This document shows positions 13,801-56,471 of a stretch of 64,000 nucleotides of DNA, piece after piece; the first letter of the stretch is position 1; every line of letters starts with the position of its first letter. Origin of the DNA: the human T2T-CHM13v2.0 reference genome, Homo sapiens; NCBI RefSeq assembly GCF_009914755.1, contig NC_060931.1; one strand, 5' to 3'. Made by a program: the position numbers and the translations under genes. Below the pieces are notes generated by a model. The model worked only from the letters and a program-made list of their open reading frames with translations, was not told the DNA's origin and searched no databases.

Positions 13801-15580
13801 CCTACTCAAAGGAAAGTTTTGACTCTGTTATGAATGCACACATAATAATGCAGTTTGTCAGATAGCTTCTTTCTAGTTTTTGTCCTGGATATTCCCTTTT
13901 TCACCACTGGCCTCAATGAGGCCCCAAATGTCCTTTCATAGAATGGACAAAAACAATGTCTCCATACTGATGAATCAAAAGAAAGGATTAACTCTCTGAG
14001 ATGAATGCACACATCACAATGTAGTTCCTCAGAAAGCTTCTTTCTAGTTTTTAGATAAAGATATTCTCTTTTTCACCATAGGCTTCAAAGCTTTCCAAAA
14101 TGTCCCTTCACAGATTCTACAAAAACAGAGTTTCCAAATGGCTGAATCAAAGGAACAGTTTAAGTCTGTGAGATGAATGCACACGTCACAAAGCAGTCTC
14201 TCAGATAGCTTCCTTCCAGTTTATATCCCTGGGTATTCACTTTTTTTGCCATAGGCCTCAATGTGCTCCCAAATATCCCTTTGCAGATTCTACAAAAGCA
14301 GCGATTCCAAACTGCTGAATGAAAAGAAAGGTTTAACTTTGTGAGATGAATGCACACATCACAAAGGTATCTCTCAGAAAGCTTCTTTCTCATTTTTATC
14401 TGAAGATGTTTTCTTTTTCACCATAAGCCTCAATGTGCTCCCATATATCCCTTCATAGATTCTTCAAAAACGGTGTTTCCAAACTGCTGAATGAAGAAAA
14501 GTTTTACCTCTGCAAGATGAATGCACCCATCACAAAGAAGTTTCTCAAAAACCTTCTATATACTTTTTTTCAGAAGGTATTTTCCTTGTCACCTCAGGCC
14601 TCATTGCACTCTCAATTGTCCATTTCAAGAATATACAAAAACATTGTTTCCAAACTGCTGAATGAAAAAGAAAGGTGTAACTCTGGGAAATGAAATGCAC
14701 ACATCACAAAGCTGCTTCTCAGATACCTTCCTTCTAGTTTTTACCTCGGATATTCACTTTTATGTCATTGGTCTCAATGAGCTCCAAAATGTGCATTCAC
14801 AAAATAGACAAAAACAAGGTTTCCAAAATGCTGAATCAAAAGAAAGGTTTATCCCTATGAGATGAATGGACAATTCACAAAGCATGTTCTCAGAAAGCTT
14901 CTCTCTTGTTTTAATTTGAAGACATTTTCTTTTTCACCATTGGCAACAATGTGCTCCCAACTCACAGAATGCACCAGAAGAGTGTTACTAAACTGCTTAA
15001 TCAAAAGAAAGTTTTAACTCTGGGAGATGAATGCCCACATCACAAAGCAGTGTCTCAGATAGCTTCCTTCTAGTTTTTATAGGGGCATATTCCCTTTTTT
15101 GCCATTGGCCTCAATGAGCTCCTAAATGTTGATTCACAGAATGAACAAAAACAGTGTTTCCAATCTGCTGAGCCAAAAGAAAGGTTTAACTCCATGCAAT
15201 GAATGCAAACATCACAAAGCAGTTTCTCAGCAAGATTCCTTCTAGTTTTTATCTGAAGATATTTTCTTTTTCACCATAGGCCTCAAAGTGATCCCAAATG
15301 TCCATTCACAGAACAAAAAAAAACAGTGTTTAAAAACTGCTGAATTGAAAGAAATGTTTATCTCTGGAAAATGAATGTGCACATCACAAAGCAGTTTGCC
15401 AGATAGTCTCTTTCTTGTTTTTAAGCTGGGATATTCACTTGTTTGCCATTGGCCTCAATGAGGTCCAAAATGTCCATTAGCAGAATAGACAAAAAGAGTG
15501 TTTCCAAATTGCTGAATCAAAAGAGAGCTTGAACTCTGAGAGATGAATGCACGCATCACAAAGCAGTTTCTCAGAAAAAT

Positions 15581-15612
15581 TCAGTGAGCTCCCAAATGTC
15601 TCAATGAGCTCA

Positions 15613-15625
<13 letters not shown>
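15581..15625. other. Strand-switch (inversion) junction in the alpha-satellite array
   Basis: A minus-orientation monomer stops at ...TTTCTCAGAAAAAT (15,580). It is followed by TCAGTGAGCTCCCAAATGTC + TCAATGAGCTC (minus-type fragments), then AGG, then GAGATCATTGAAACCAAAGGTGAAAAAGC..., which is plus orientation from there on. Confidence 0.95.
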
Positions 15626-44541
<28,916 letters not shown>

Positions 44542-47192
44542 AAACCTTTCTTTTAATTCAGCATGTTGGAAACACAGTTTTTGTAGAAACTGTGAAGGTA
44601 CATTTTGGAATGCATTGAGGCCTATTGTGAGAAAGCAAATATCCCCAGATAAAAAATAGAAAGAAATTACCTGTAAAACTGCTTTGTGATGGGTTGACTC
44701 ATGTCACAGATTTAAACCTTTCTTTTGATTCAGCAGTTTGACTGCTTTTGTAAAATCTGCAAAGGGACATGTGGGAGATCATTGAGGTCTATGATTAAAA
44801 AGGGAATATCCCGACAGGAAAACTAGAAAGAATCTAACTGAGAAACTACTTTGTAACGTGTGGATTCATCTCACAGAGTTAAACCTTTATTGTGATTAAG
44901 CCGTTTCAAAACACTGATTTTATAGAATCTGCAAAGGGACATTTGGGAGTGCATTGAAGCCTATGGTGGAAAAGCAATTATCATTAGATAAATATGAGAA
45001 AGAAGCCATCTGTGAAACTCCTATGTGATGTGTGGATTCATCTCAGAGAGACAAACCTTTCTTTTGATTCAGCATGTTGGATAGAGTTTTTTTGTAGAAT
45101 CTGCAATGGGACATTTGGCAGCCCATTGAGTCCTATGAGAAAAAAACAAATATCCCCGTATGAAAACTAGAAATAATCTATCTGTGAAACTGTTTTGTGA
45201 TGTGTGGATTCAACTCACAATGTTAAAAATTTCTTTTCATTCAATAGGTTTTAAACGATCTTTTAGGAGAATCTGTGAAAGGACGATTTGGGAGCCCATT
45301 GAGGCCTATTGGGAAAAAAACAAATATCCCCAGATAAAAACTAGAAAGAAGGTATCTGTGAAACCATTTTAGATTTGTGGATTCACCTCACAAAGTTAAA
45401 CATTTCTTTTGATTAAGTGATTGGGAACACTTTTTTGGAGAATTTGCAAAGGGACATTTGGAAGTTAATTGAGACCTATAGGGAAAAACTGAATATCTCC
45501 AGATAAAAACTACAAAGAAGTCTTCTGTGAAACTGCTTCCTGATATGTGGATTCATCTCACAGAGATAAAACTTCCTCTGATTGAGCAGGTTGGAGCCAC
45601 TCTTTTTAGAGAATCTATGATGGGATGTTTCAGAGCACATTGAGGCCTAAGAGGAAAAACAAAATATCTCCAGATAAAAAACACAAAGAAGCTGTCTGTT
45701 AAACTGCTTTCTTATATAGATTCATCACACTGAGTTAAATTTTCCTCTGATTCTGCAGATTGAAAACACTCTTTTTTGAGAAACTGTGAAAGGATATTAA
45801 GAAACCTTTGAGGCCTATGGGAAAAGATTGAATATTCCTAAGTAAAAACTAGAAAGAAGCTATCTGTGAAACTGCTTTGCGATGTGTGGATTCATCTCAC
45901 AGAGTCAAACTTGTCTTTTGATTCAACAGATTGCAAACACTCTTGTTGGAGAATCTGCAATGGGACATTGAGCAGACCTTCGAGACCAATAGGGAAAAAC
46001 TGAATATCCCCTGATAAACACTAGAAAAAAGTTAACTGTGAAACTGCTTAGTGAGGTGTTTATTCATCTCACAGAGTTCAACCTTTCTTTTGATTCAGCA
46101 GGTTGGAAACACTCTTTTTAGAGTATTTGTGAAGGGACATTTGAGAGCCCTTAGAGGCCTATCAGGAAAAAATGAATGTCTCCAGATAAAAACTAGAAAG
46201 CAGCCGTCTTTGAAATTGCTCTCTGATGTGTGGATTCATCTCACAGGATTAACCATTTATTTTTAATCAGTAGGTTGGAAACATGCTTTTTGTAGAATAT
46301 GCAAAGGGTCATTTTGGAGCCCATTGAGGCCTATAGGAAAAAACTGTATATGCCCAGATTAAAACTAGAAAGAAGCTATCTGTGAAGTTACTTTGTTATG
46401 TATGGGTTCGTCTCACAGAGTTAAACCTTTCTGTTGATTCAGGGCGTTGGAAATGCTCCTTTTAAAGAATCTTTGAAGGGTGATATGGAAGCCTATAAGG
46501 CCTATGGGAAAAAGCCAAATATTCCCAGTAAAAACAAGAAATAACGTATCTGAGAAAGTGCTTCTTGATGTGTGGATTCAGCTCACAGAGTTAATCCTTG
46601 CTTTTGACTCAGAAGGTTAGAAATGCTCTCTTTGGAGAATCTATGAAGGGATATTTGGGAGCCCACAGAAGGCTATGGGGAAAAACTGAATATCCCCAGA
46701 TAAAAAATAGAAAGAAACTCTCTATGAAACTGCTTTGGGAGGTTTGGAATCATCTGACAGAGTTAAAACTTTCTATTGATTCACCAGGCTGGAAACACTC
46801 TTTTTGGAGAATCGGTGACGGGACATTTGAGAGCCCAATGAGACCTATGGGGCAAAACAGAATATCACCAGATTAAAACTAGAAAGAAGCTATCTGTGAA
46901 ACTCCTTTGTGATGTGTGGATTAATCTCAGAGAGTTAAACCTTTCTTTTGATTAAGCATGTTGGAATCAGTCCTTTTGTAGAATGTCCAAAGGGGCATTT
47001 GGGAGTGCACTGAGGCCTATGTTGACAAACTGTATATTCCCAGATAAAAACTAGAAAGAAGTTATCTGTGAAACTGCCTTGTGATGTGTGGATTCATCAC
47101 ACAGAGTTAGGCCTTTCTTTTATTTAAGCAGTTTGGAAACACTTTGTAGAATCTGTGAAGGGACATTCAAGAGTGCATTGAGGACTATGGTG

Positions 47193-47236
47193 AAAAAGAG
47201 AATATCCACTGATTAAAAAGAGAATATCCACTGATT
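47193..47236 (+). repeat. Perfect 22-bp tandem duplication
   Basis: AAAAAGAGAATATCCACTGATT x2 (47,193-47,214 and 47,215-47,236). Confidence 0.95.
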
Positions 47237-49207
47237 AAAAATAGAAAGAAGCTATCTGTGAAACTGCTTTGTGATATGTGGATTCATCTCACAGAGTTAA
47301 AACTTTATTTTGATTCAGTAGTTTGGAAACACTGTTTTTGTAGAATCTGTGAAGGGACATTTTGGAGCTCATTGAGGCCTATGGTGGAAAAGAAAATATC
47401 CCCAGATAAAAACTAGGAAAATGTTATTTGTGAAACTGTTTTGTGTTGTGTCAATTCCTATCACAGAGTTTAAACTTTCTTTTGATTTGGCAGGTTGCAA
47501 AGGGTCCTTTGTAGAATCTGCAAGGGGACCTTAAATAGCATATTGAGTTCTATGGTTACAAACTGAATATCCCCAGATAAGGAATAGAAAGAAGCTATTT
47601 GTGGAACTGCTTTGAGATGTGTGGATTCATCTCACAGAGTTAAATCTTTCTTTTGATACAGCTGTATGGAAACACTGTTTTTTTAGAATCTGCAAAAGGG
47701 TTTCTGGGAGTGCATTGAGGCCTATAGTGAAAATGTGAATAAACGCAGACAAAAACTAGAAAGAAGATACCAGTGAAACTGCTTTGTGATGTATGGACTC
47801 ACTTCTCAGAGTTAAACCTATCTTTTGATTCAGCCATTTGGAAATACTGTTTTTTTAGAATCTGCAAAGGGACATTTAGGGGCCCATTGAGGCCAGTGGG
47901 GAGAAACCAAATATCCAGAGATAAAAACTAGAAAGAAGCTGTCTGCGAAACTGCTTTGTCTGTGTGGATTCATGTCTCAAAGGTAAAACTTTCTTTGGAT
48001 TCAGCAGATTGGCAACACTCTTTGTGGACAATCCGTGAAGAAATATTTAAGAGCCCACTGAGGCTTATGAAGGAGAACTGAATATCCCCAGATAAAAACT
48101 ACAAAAAAGCAATCTGTGAAACTACTCATTGATGTGTGGATTCATCTCACACAGTTAAACCTGTCTTTAGTTTCAGTAAGTTGGAAGCAGTCTTTTTGTG
48201 AAATCTATGAAGGGACATTTGGGAGCCCATTGAGGCCAATGGGGAAAACCTGAATATCCCAGTTAAAAACTAGAAAGAATCCATCTGTGAAACTGCTTTG
48301 TGATGTGTCAATTCATCTCCCAGAGTTAAATGTTTCTTTTGATTCTGCAGGTTTAAAACCCTATTTTTGAGAGTCTGTGAGGGTACACTTTGTAGCCCAT
48401 TGAGTCTTATTGGGAAAAACTAGTAATCCCCAGGAAAAAAAAAACTAGAAAGAAGCTCTCTGTAAATTGCTCTGTGATGTGTGGATGCATCTCACTGAGT
48501 TAAACCTTTCTTTTGATCCAGCAGGTTGAAAACACTCTTTTTGTAGAATCTGAGAAGAGACATTTGGGAACCCTTTGAAGCCTAGGGGAAAAACTCAATA
48601 TCCACAGATAAAAATTAGAAAGCACGTATTTGTGAAACAGCTTTGTGATTTGTGGTTTCCTCTCACAGAGTTAAACCTCTCTTTTGATCCATTAGGTTGG
48701 AAACACGGTTTTTGGAGAATCTGCATAGGAATGTTTTGGAGCCCATTGAGGCCTATGTGGCAAAATGTAATATGCAGAGATAAAAATGAGAAGAAGCTAT
48801 CTGTGAAACTGCTTTGTGATGTATGCATTCATCTCAGGGACTTCAAACTTTCTTTTGCTTCAGCAGGTTGGAAGCATTCTTTTTGTAAAATCTGTGAAGG
48901 GACATTCAGGAGCCCGTTCAGGCATATGGGGAAAATTCAAATATCCCCAGATAAAAACTAGATAGAAACTATCTGTGAAACAGCAACAGCTTTGTGATGT
49001 GTGGAAGACTCATCTCACATAGTTAAATCTTTCTGTTGATTTAACGGCTTGGAAACACTCTTTACGGAGAATCTGCAAAAGGACAATCGGGAGCCCATTG
49101 AGGCCTATGGGGAAAGACTGAAAATCTCCAGGTAAAAACCAGAAAGAAGGTATCTGTGAAACTGCTTTTTGATGTGTGGATTTATCTCACAGAGTTAAAT
49201 CTTTCAT

Positions 49208-49890
49208 TTGATTCAGCAGGTTGGACAGGCTTTTTATGCAGAATCTGCAAAAAGATGTAAGGGAACACATTTTCTTCTAAGAAGAAAAAGCAACTATCCA
49301 CAGATGAAAACTAGAAAGAAGCTCTCTGAGAAACTGCTTTCTAAAAAGTGGATCAATTTCATAGAGTTAAACCTTTCTTTTGATTCAGCAGGCTGGAAAC
49401 AATCTATTTGGAGAATCCGCACATTACATTTTGGGGCCCATTGAGGCCTATGGGTAAAAACTGAATATCCCCAGATAAAAACTAGAAAAAAGCTATTTCT
49501 TAAACTGATTCATGATGTGTCGATTCATCTCACAGAGTTAAAGCCTTGTTTTGATTCAGCAGGTTGGAAATGCTCTTTTTGTAGATTCTGCAAAGAGACA
49601 AAATGGAGCACATTTTCTTCTAAGAAGAAAAACTGACTATCCACAGATAAAAACTAGAAAGAAATTATCTGAGAAACTGCTTTGTAATAAGTGGATTAAT
49701 CTTACAAAGTTAAATCCGTCTTTTGATTCAGCAGCCTGGAAACAATCTATTTGGAGAATCTGTGAGGTTGTATGTGGGAGCCCATTGAGGCCCATGGGTA
49801 AAAACTGAATATCCCTAGGTAAAAACTAGAAAGAAGATATTTCTGAAACTGATTCTTAATGGGTGGATTAAACTCACAGAGTTAAATCCT
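49208..49890 (+). repeat. Degenerate tandem duplication of a 343-bp dimer
   Basis: Private motifs CACATTTTCTTCTAAGAAGAAAAA and CTGGAAACAATCTATTTGGAGAATC each occur twice, ~343 bp apart. The ORF-track translations at 49,208 and 49,551 are paralogous. Confidence 0.9.
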
Positions 49891-52800
49891 TCTTTTGATT
49901 CAGCGGGTTTTAAACCCTCATTTTGGATAATATGTGAATGAATTTTTTGGAGCGCTTTAAGGCCTATGGGGAGAAGCCAAATATCCGCAGTTAAAAACTA
50001 GAAAGAAGCTATCTGTGTAACTGCTTTTGTGATGTGTGGATTTGTCTCATGGAGTTAAACTTTTCTTTTTCTTCAGCAGGTTTGAAAAACTCTCTTTGTA
50101 GGATCTGTGAAGAGACATTTTGGAACCCATTGAGACCTCTGTGAAAAACAGAATATACCAATGTAAAAACCAGAAAGAAGCTATCTGTGAAACTGTTTTG
50201 TGATGTGTGGATTCATCTCACAGAGTTAAATCTTTCTTTTGATTCAAAAGCTTGGGAACAGTTTTTTCAAGAATCTGTGAAGAGATACTTGGGAGCCCAT
50301 TGAGGCATATGGGTAAAAACTGAATATTTTCATATAAAAACTAGAAAGAAGCTTTCTGTGAAACTGCTTTGTGATGTGTGCCTTCATCTCACAGACTTAA
50401 ATCTTTCTTTTGACTTAGCAGGTTGGAAACAATCTTTTTGTAGAATCTGCCAAATGACATTTGGGAGCAAATGGAGTTCTAAGAGAACAAACCAAATATC
50501 TCCAGATAAAAACTAAAAAGAAGCTATCTGAGAAACGGATTTGTGATGTGTGTGTTCATCTCACAGAGTTCAAAGTTTCTTTTGATTTATCAGGTTGGAA
50601 ATCCTTTTTTGGAGAATCTGTGAAGGGACATTTGGGAGACCTTTGCTGTCTAGGGGAAAAATTGAAAATTCCCCCCCCAAAAAACTGGAAAGAATCTATC
50701 TGTGAAACTGGTATTTTATGTGTTGATTCATTGCACTGAGTTAAACTTTTCTTTAGAATCAGTATGTTGGAAACACTTTTTTTGGAGAATCTGCCAAGGG
50801 ACAATTCATAGCCCATTGAGGCTTAAAGGAAAAAGAAGAAATATCCATGGATAAAAACTAGAAAGAATTTATCTGTGAAAAAGATTTGTGATGTGTGGAC
50901 TCCACATAAAGCTAATTTTTTTTTTTTAATTTAGCAGGTTGGAAACAATCTTTTTGTAGAATCTGTCAAGAAACATTTGGAAGCCCATTTATGCATGGGG
51001 AAAACTGAATATCCCCAGATAAAAACTAGTAAGAAACTATCAGTGAAACTGCTTTGCCGTGTTTGGATTCTTCTCACAGAGTTAAACCTTTCTTTTGATT
51101 TAGCAGATTGGAAAAGCTCTTTTTCGAGAATCTGCAATGGGACATTTTGGAGATCATTGAGGCCTATGGGGGAAAACATATATGACCAGGTAAAAACTAG
51201 AAAGAAGCTATCTGTGAATCTGCTTTGTGATGTGTGGATTCCTCTCACTGAGTTAAAGCTTTATTTTGATTAACCAGCCTGAAAAACTCCTTTTGAAGAA
51301 TCCATGAAATGACATTTTGGAGCCCATGAAGCCTATGGGCAAAACTGTATATACCTGGAAAAAAACTAGTAAGAAGCTATCTGCTAAACGGCTTTGTGAT
51401 TTGTGATGTGTGGATTCATCTCACAAAGTTAAACCTTTCTTTTGATTCAGAAAATTGGAAAAACTCATTTTGTACAATCTGTGAAGGGACATTGGGAGCC
51501 CACTGAAGCTTATGGGGAAAAACTAATTATCCTCAAATAATAACTAGAAAGACGCTATCTGTGAAACTGCTTTGTGATTTGTGGATGCATCTCACAGTGT
51601 TAAATCTTTCTTTGGTTCAGCATGTTGGAAACACTCTTTGGAGAATCTGTGAAAAGACATTTCATGGCCCGTTGGGGTTTATGAGGAAAAACCAAATATC
51701 CCCAGATGAAAACTACAAAGAAGCTATCTGTGAAACTGCTTTGGGAAGTGTGAATTTATTTCAAAGAGATAAACTTTCCTTTTGAATCAGCAGGCTGCAA
51801 ACACTCTTTTTGGAGAATCTGTGAAGGGACATTTGAGGGCCCTTTGAGGCCTATGGGGAAAAACTGAATAGGCCCATTTAAAAACTAGAAAGAAGCTATG
51901 TGTGAAACTGCTTGATGATGTGTGGATTCATCTCACAGAGTTAAAACTTTTCTTTGATTCAGCAGGTTGGAAAAACCCTTTTTGGAGAATCTGTGAAGAA
52001 ACATTTGGGAGCCCATTAAGGTTTAGGGGGAAAACAAAGTATACCTAAAAAAGAACTAGTAAGAATCTATCTGGGAAATAGCTTTGTGATGTGTGGATTC
52101 ATCTTACAAAGTTAAACCTTTCTTTTGATTCAGAAAATTGGAAACACTCAGTTTGTAGGAACTGCAAATGGACATTTAGTAGCCCATTGAAGACTATGGG
52201 GAAAAACAAAATATCCCCAGATAACAACTAGAAAGAAGCTATCTGTGAAACTGCTTTGTGATTTATGGATTCATCTCACAGGATGAAACTTTGTGTTTGA
52301 TTCAGCATTTGGAAACACTCTTTGGAGAACCTGCAAAAAGACATTTTGGAACCCAGTGAGGTTTATGGGAAAAAAACAAATATCTTCAGATGAAAACTAA
52401 AAAGAAGCTATCTGTGAAGCTGCTTTGGGATGTGTAAATTCATTTAAAAGAGGTAAACTTTTCTTTTGTTTCAGCAGGTTGGAAGTACTCTTTTTGGAGA
52501 ATCTGCGAAGGGACATTTTGGAGCCCTTTGAAGTCTATGGGGAAAAATTGAATATCCCCAGAAAAAAACTAGAAAGATGCTAACTATGAAACTGGTATTG
52601 GATGTGTAGTTTCATCACACAGAGTTAAACCTTTCTTTGGAATCAGTAGTTTGGAAACACTCTTTTTGGAGAACCTGTGAAGGGACATTTGGGAGCCCAT
52701 TGAGACCTAAGTGAAAAAACGGAATATCCATGGATAAAAATAAGAAAGTACATATGTGTGAAACTGCTTTGTGATGTGTTGATTCATCTCACAGAATTAA

Positions 52801-55800
52801 AACTTTCTTTTGATTCAGCAGATTGGAAACACTCTTTTTGGAAAATCTGTGAAGAAATATTATGGAGCCCATTGAAGTCAAGGGGGAAAGCAGAATATAC
52901 TTAGAAAAAAAACTAGTAAGAAGCTATCTGTGAAATGGCTTTGTGATGTGTGGATTCATCTCACAAAATTAAACCTTTCTTCTGATTCAGGAAATTGGTA
53001 ACACTCATTTTGTAGAGTCTTAGAAGGGATATTGGGAGCCCATTGAAGCCTATGGGGAAAAACTGAATATCCCCAGATAACAACTATAAAGAAGCTGTCT
53101 GTGAAACTGCTTTATGGTTTGTGGATTGATCTCACAGTGTTAAAACTTTCTTTTGATTGAGCATGTTGGAAACACTGTTTGGAGAATCTGCAAAAAGACA
53201 TTTGGGAGCCCATTGGGGTTTATGGGGAAAAAATGACTATTCCCAGATAAAAACTAGAAAGAAGCTATCTGTGAAAATGCTTTGTGATGTTGAATTCATT
53301 TCAAAGAGTTAAACCCTCTTTTGATTCAGCAGGTTGGAAACACTTTTTTTGGAGATTCTGCTAAGGGATATTGAGGAGCCCTTTGAGGACAATGGGGAAA
53401 AACTGAATATCCCCAGATAAAAACTAAAAAGAAGCTATCTGCGAAATTGCTTAGTGATGTGTGGATTCATCTCACAATGTTAAAACTTCCTTTTATTCAC
53501 GAGGTTGAAAACACGTTTTTGAACTATTTGTGAAGGGTTATTTTGGAGCCCATTGAGCCCTATGGGGAAAAATGGTGTATCCCCAGTTAAAAACTAGAAA
53601 GAAGCCATGTGTGGAATAGCTTTGTGATGTATCAATTCATCTCCCAGAGATAAATATTTCTTTTGATTCAGCAGGTTGGAAATGCTCCTTTTGGAGAATC
53701 TGCAAAGGGACATTTCATAGCCCATTGAATCCTATTTCGAAAAACCGAATATCCCTAGAAAAAAAACTGGAAAAAAGCTATCCGTGAAACTGCTTCATGA
53801 TATGTCAATTCAGCTCACAGAGGTAAAATTTCTTTTGATTCAGCAGGTTGGAAACTATTATTATAGGATCTGCCAAGGAACACTTGGGAGCCCATTAAGG
53901 CCTATGGGGCAAAACAAAATATCCCCCCAAGAAAACTGGAAAGAATCTATTGTTTAAACTGCTTTGTGATGTGTGGATTCATCTCACAGGTTTAAACCTT
54001 TCTTTTGATTCAGCAGATTGGAAACACTCTTTTCAGAGGATGTGCAAAGGGACAGCTCAGAGACCAATGTGGCATTTGGGGAAAAACCTAATATCCCCAG
54101 ATAAAAACTAGAAAGAAGCTATCGGTGAAATTGATTTCTGATGTGTGGATTCATCTCTCAGAATTAAAGCTTTCTTTTAATTCACCAGCTTTAAACCACG
54201 GCTTTTGCAGAATCTGTGGAAATACATTTTGGTTCCGATTGACATCTATGTGCAAAATGGAATATACCTAGAATAAAATGATTAAGAAGCTATCTGAGGA
54301 ATGGCTTTGTGATATGTGGATTCATCTCACAAAGTTAAACCTTTCTTTTGAATCAGTAAATTGTAAACACTCATTTTGTACAATCTGCAAAGGGACATTG
54401 GGAGTCCATTCAAGCCTGTGAAGGTAAACCGAACATCCCCAGATAACAAATAGAAAGAAGCTGTCTGTGAAACTGCTTTGGGATTTGTGGATTCATCTCA
54501 CAATGTTAAGCTTTTTTTTTTTTTTTTTTGATTCATCATGTGTGAAGCACTCTTTGGAGAATCTGCAAAAAGGCATTTTGGGACCAACTGGGGCTTCTGG
54601 GGAAAAAAACGAATATCTTTAGATAAAAAATAAAAAGAAGTTATCTGTGAAACTGCTTTGGGAGATGTGAATTCATTTCAAAGAGTTAAACCTTTCTTTT
54701 GATTCAGCAGGTTGGAAATGCTCTTTTTGGAGATTGTGCAAAGGGACACTTGGGAGCCCTTTGAAGCCTGTGAGTAAAAACTGAATATCCCCAGATAAAA
54801 ACTAGAAAGAAGCTATGTGTAAAACTGCCTGGTGATGTCTGGATTCATCTCACAGAGTTGAAACTTTCTTTTCATTCACCAGGTTGGAAACACTCTTCTT
54901 GAAGTATTTGTGAAGGGACACTTGGGACCCCATTGAGGTCTATGGGGAAAAACAGAATGTCCCCAGTTAAAAACGAGAAAGAAGCCATCTGTGAAACTGC
55001 TTTCTTATGTAACAATTCGTCTCCCTGAGTTAAACAATTCGTTTGATTCAGCAGGTTGGAAAAACTCTTTTTGGGGAGCCTGCAAAAGGACATTTTGTAG
55101 CCCATTGAATCCTATTATAAAAAACTGAATAGCCCCAGAATTAAAGCTATCTGTGAAATTGCATTGTGGTGTGTGGATTCATCTCAAAGAATTAAATCTT
55201 TGTTTTGATTCAGCAGGTTGGAAATACTCTTATTATAGATCTGTGACAGGACATTTGGGAGCCTAGTAAGGCATAAGGGGCAAACGGAATATCCCCCCAA
55301 AACAACTAGAAAGAATCTATCTGTGAATCTGCTTTGTGATGTGTGGATTCATCCAACAAAGTTAAACCTTTCTTTTATTTCAGCAGGTTGGAAACACTCT
55401 TTTTGGTGAATCTGGGAAAAGACCTTTGGGAGCCCATTCCAGCCTATGGAGAAAAAGAAAATATCCCCAGATTAAAAACTGTAAATAAGTTCTCTGTGAA
55501 ACTGCTTTATGACGTTTGGTGTCACCTCACAGAGTTAAACCTTTCTTTTGATTCAGCAGGTTGGAAGCTCTCTTTTTGGACAATCTGCAAAGGCATATTT
55601 GGGAGCCCATTGAGGCCTAAGGGAAAAACTGAATATCCCCAGTTAAAAATGAGAAAGAAGCTCTCTGTGAAACTGTTTCATGAAGTGTGGATTCATTTAA
55701 CAGAGATATACCTTTCATTTGATTCAGAAGTCTGGAAACACTCTTCTTGGAGAACATGTGAAGGGATATTTATGAGCCCATTCAGGCCTATGGAGAGAAA

Positions 55801-56229
55801 CTGAATATCCCCATATAGAAATTAGAAAGAAGCTATCTGTGAAACTGCTATATGATGTGTGGATTCGCTTCACAGAGTTAAAGCTTTCTTTTCATTCTGT
55901 AGGCTGAAACACTCTTTTTATAAAATTTGTGAAGGGACATTTGGGAGCCCATTGAATCCTATGGGGAAAAACAGAGTATCCCCAGATAGAAACTAGAAAG
56001 AAGCTATCTGTGAAACTGCTTTGTGATGTGTGGATTCATCTCACAGTGTTATACCTTTCTTTTGATTTTGCAGATTGGAGACATGCTTTTTGGAAAGTCT
56101 TTGAAGAGACATTTAAAATCTCATTGAGGCCAATGAAGGAAAACTGAATATCCCTAAATAAAAACTGGAAAGAAGCTATCTGTGAAACTACTTGTTGATT
56201 TGTGGATTCATCCTGCAGAATTAAACCTT

Positions 56230-56316
56230 TCTTTTGTTTCAGCAGGATGGAAGCACTCTTTTGTTCCAGCAGGATGGAAGCACTCTTTTGTTCCAGCAGG
56301 ATGGAAGCACTCTTTT
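56230..56316 (+). repeat. 27-bp tandem repeat x3 inside a monomer
   Basis: CAGCAGGATGGAAGCACTCTTTTGTTC starts at 56,240, 56,267 and 56,294 (third copy runs into the normal monomer). Confidence 0.95.
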
Positions 56317-56471
56317 TTAAAAGTCTGTGAAGGGACATTTGGGAGCCCATCGAGGCATATAGGAAAATAGATAAAAATTATAAAGAAGCTATCTTTGAAA
56401 CTGCTTTGTGATGTGTGGCTTCATCTCACAGAGTTAAATATTTCCTTTGATTCAACAGGTTGGAATCACTC

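Larger units (their letters stand above)
1..15580 (-). repeat. Alpha-satellite array, divergent old layer, inverted orientation (~91 monomers of two types)
   Basis: ~171-bp periodicity of AAACAGTGTTTCCAAACTGCTGAAT...TTTAACTCTGTGAGATGAATGCACACATCACAAAGCAGTTTCTCAG, the reverse complement of the alphoid consensus (CTGAGAAACTGCTTTGTGATGTGTGCATTCATCTCACAGAGTTAAA...). Neighbouring monomers are visibly divergent. Confidence 0.98.
44542..56471 (+). repeat. Alpha-satellite array, divergent monomeric
   Basis: Continuation of ~171-bp monomers in the same register as before the Alu. Confidence 0.98.
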
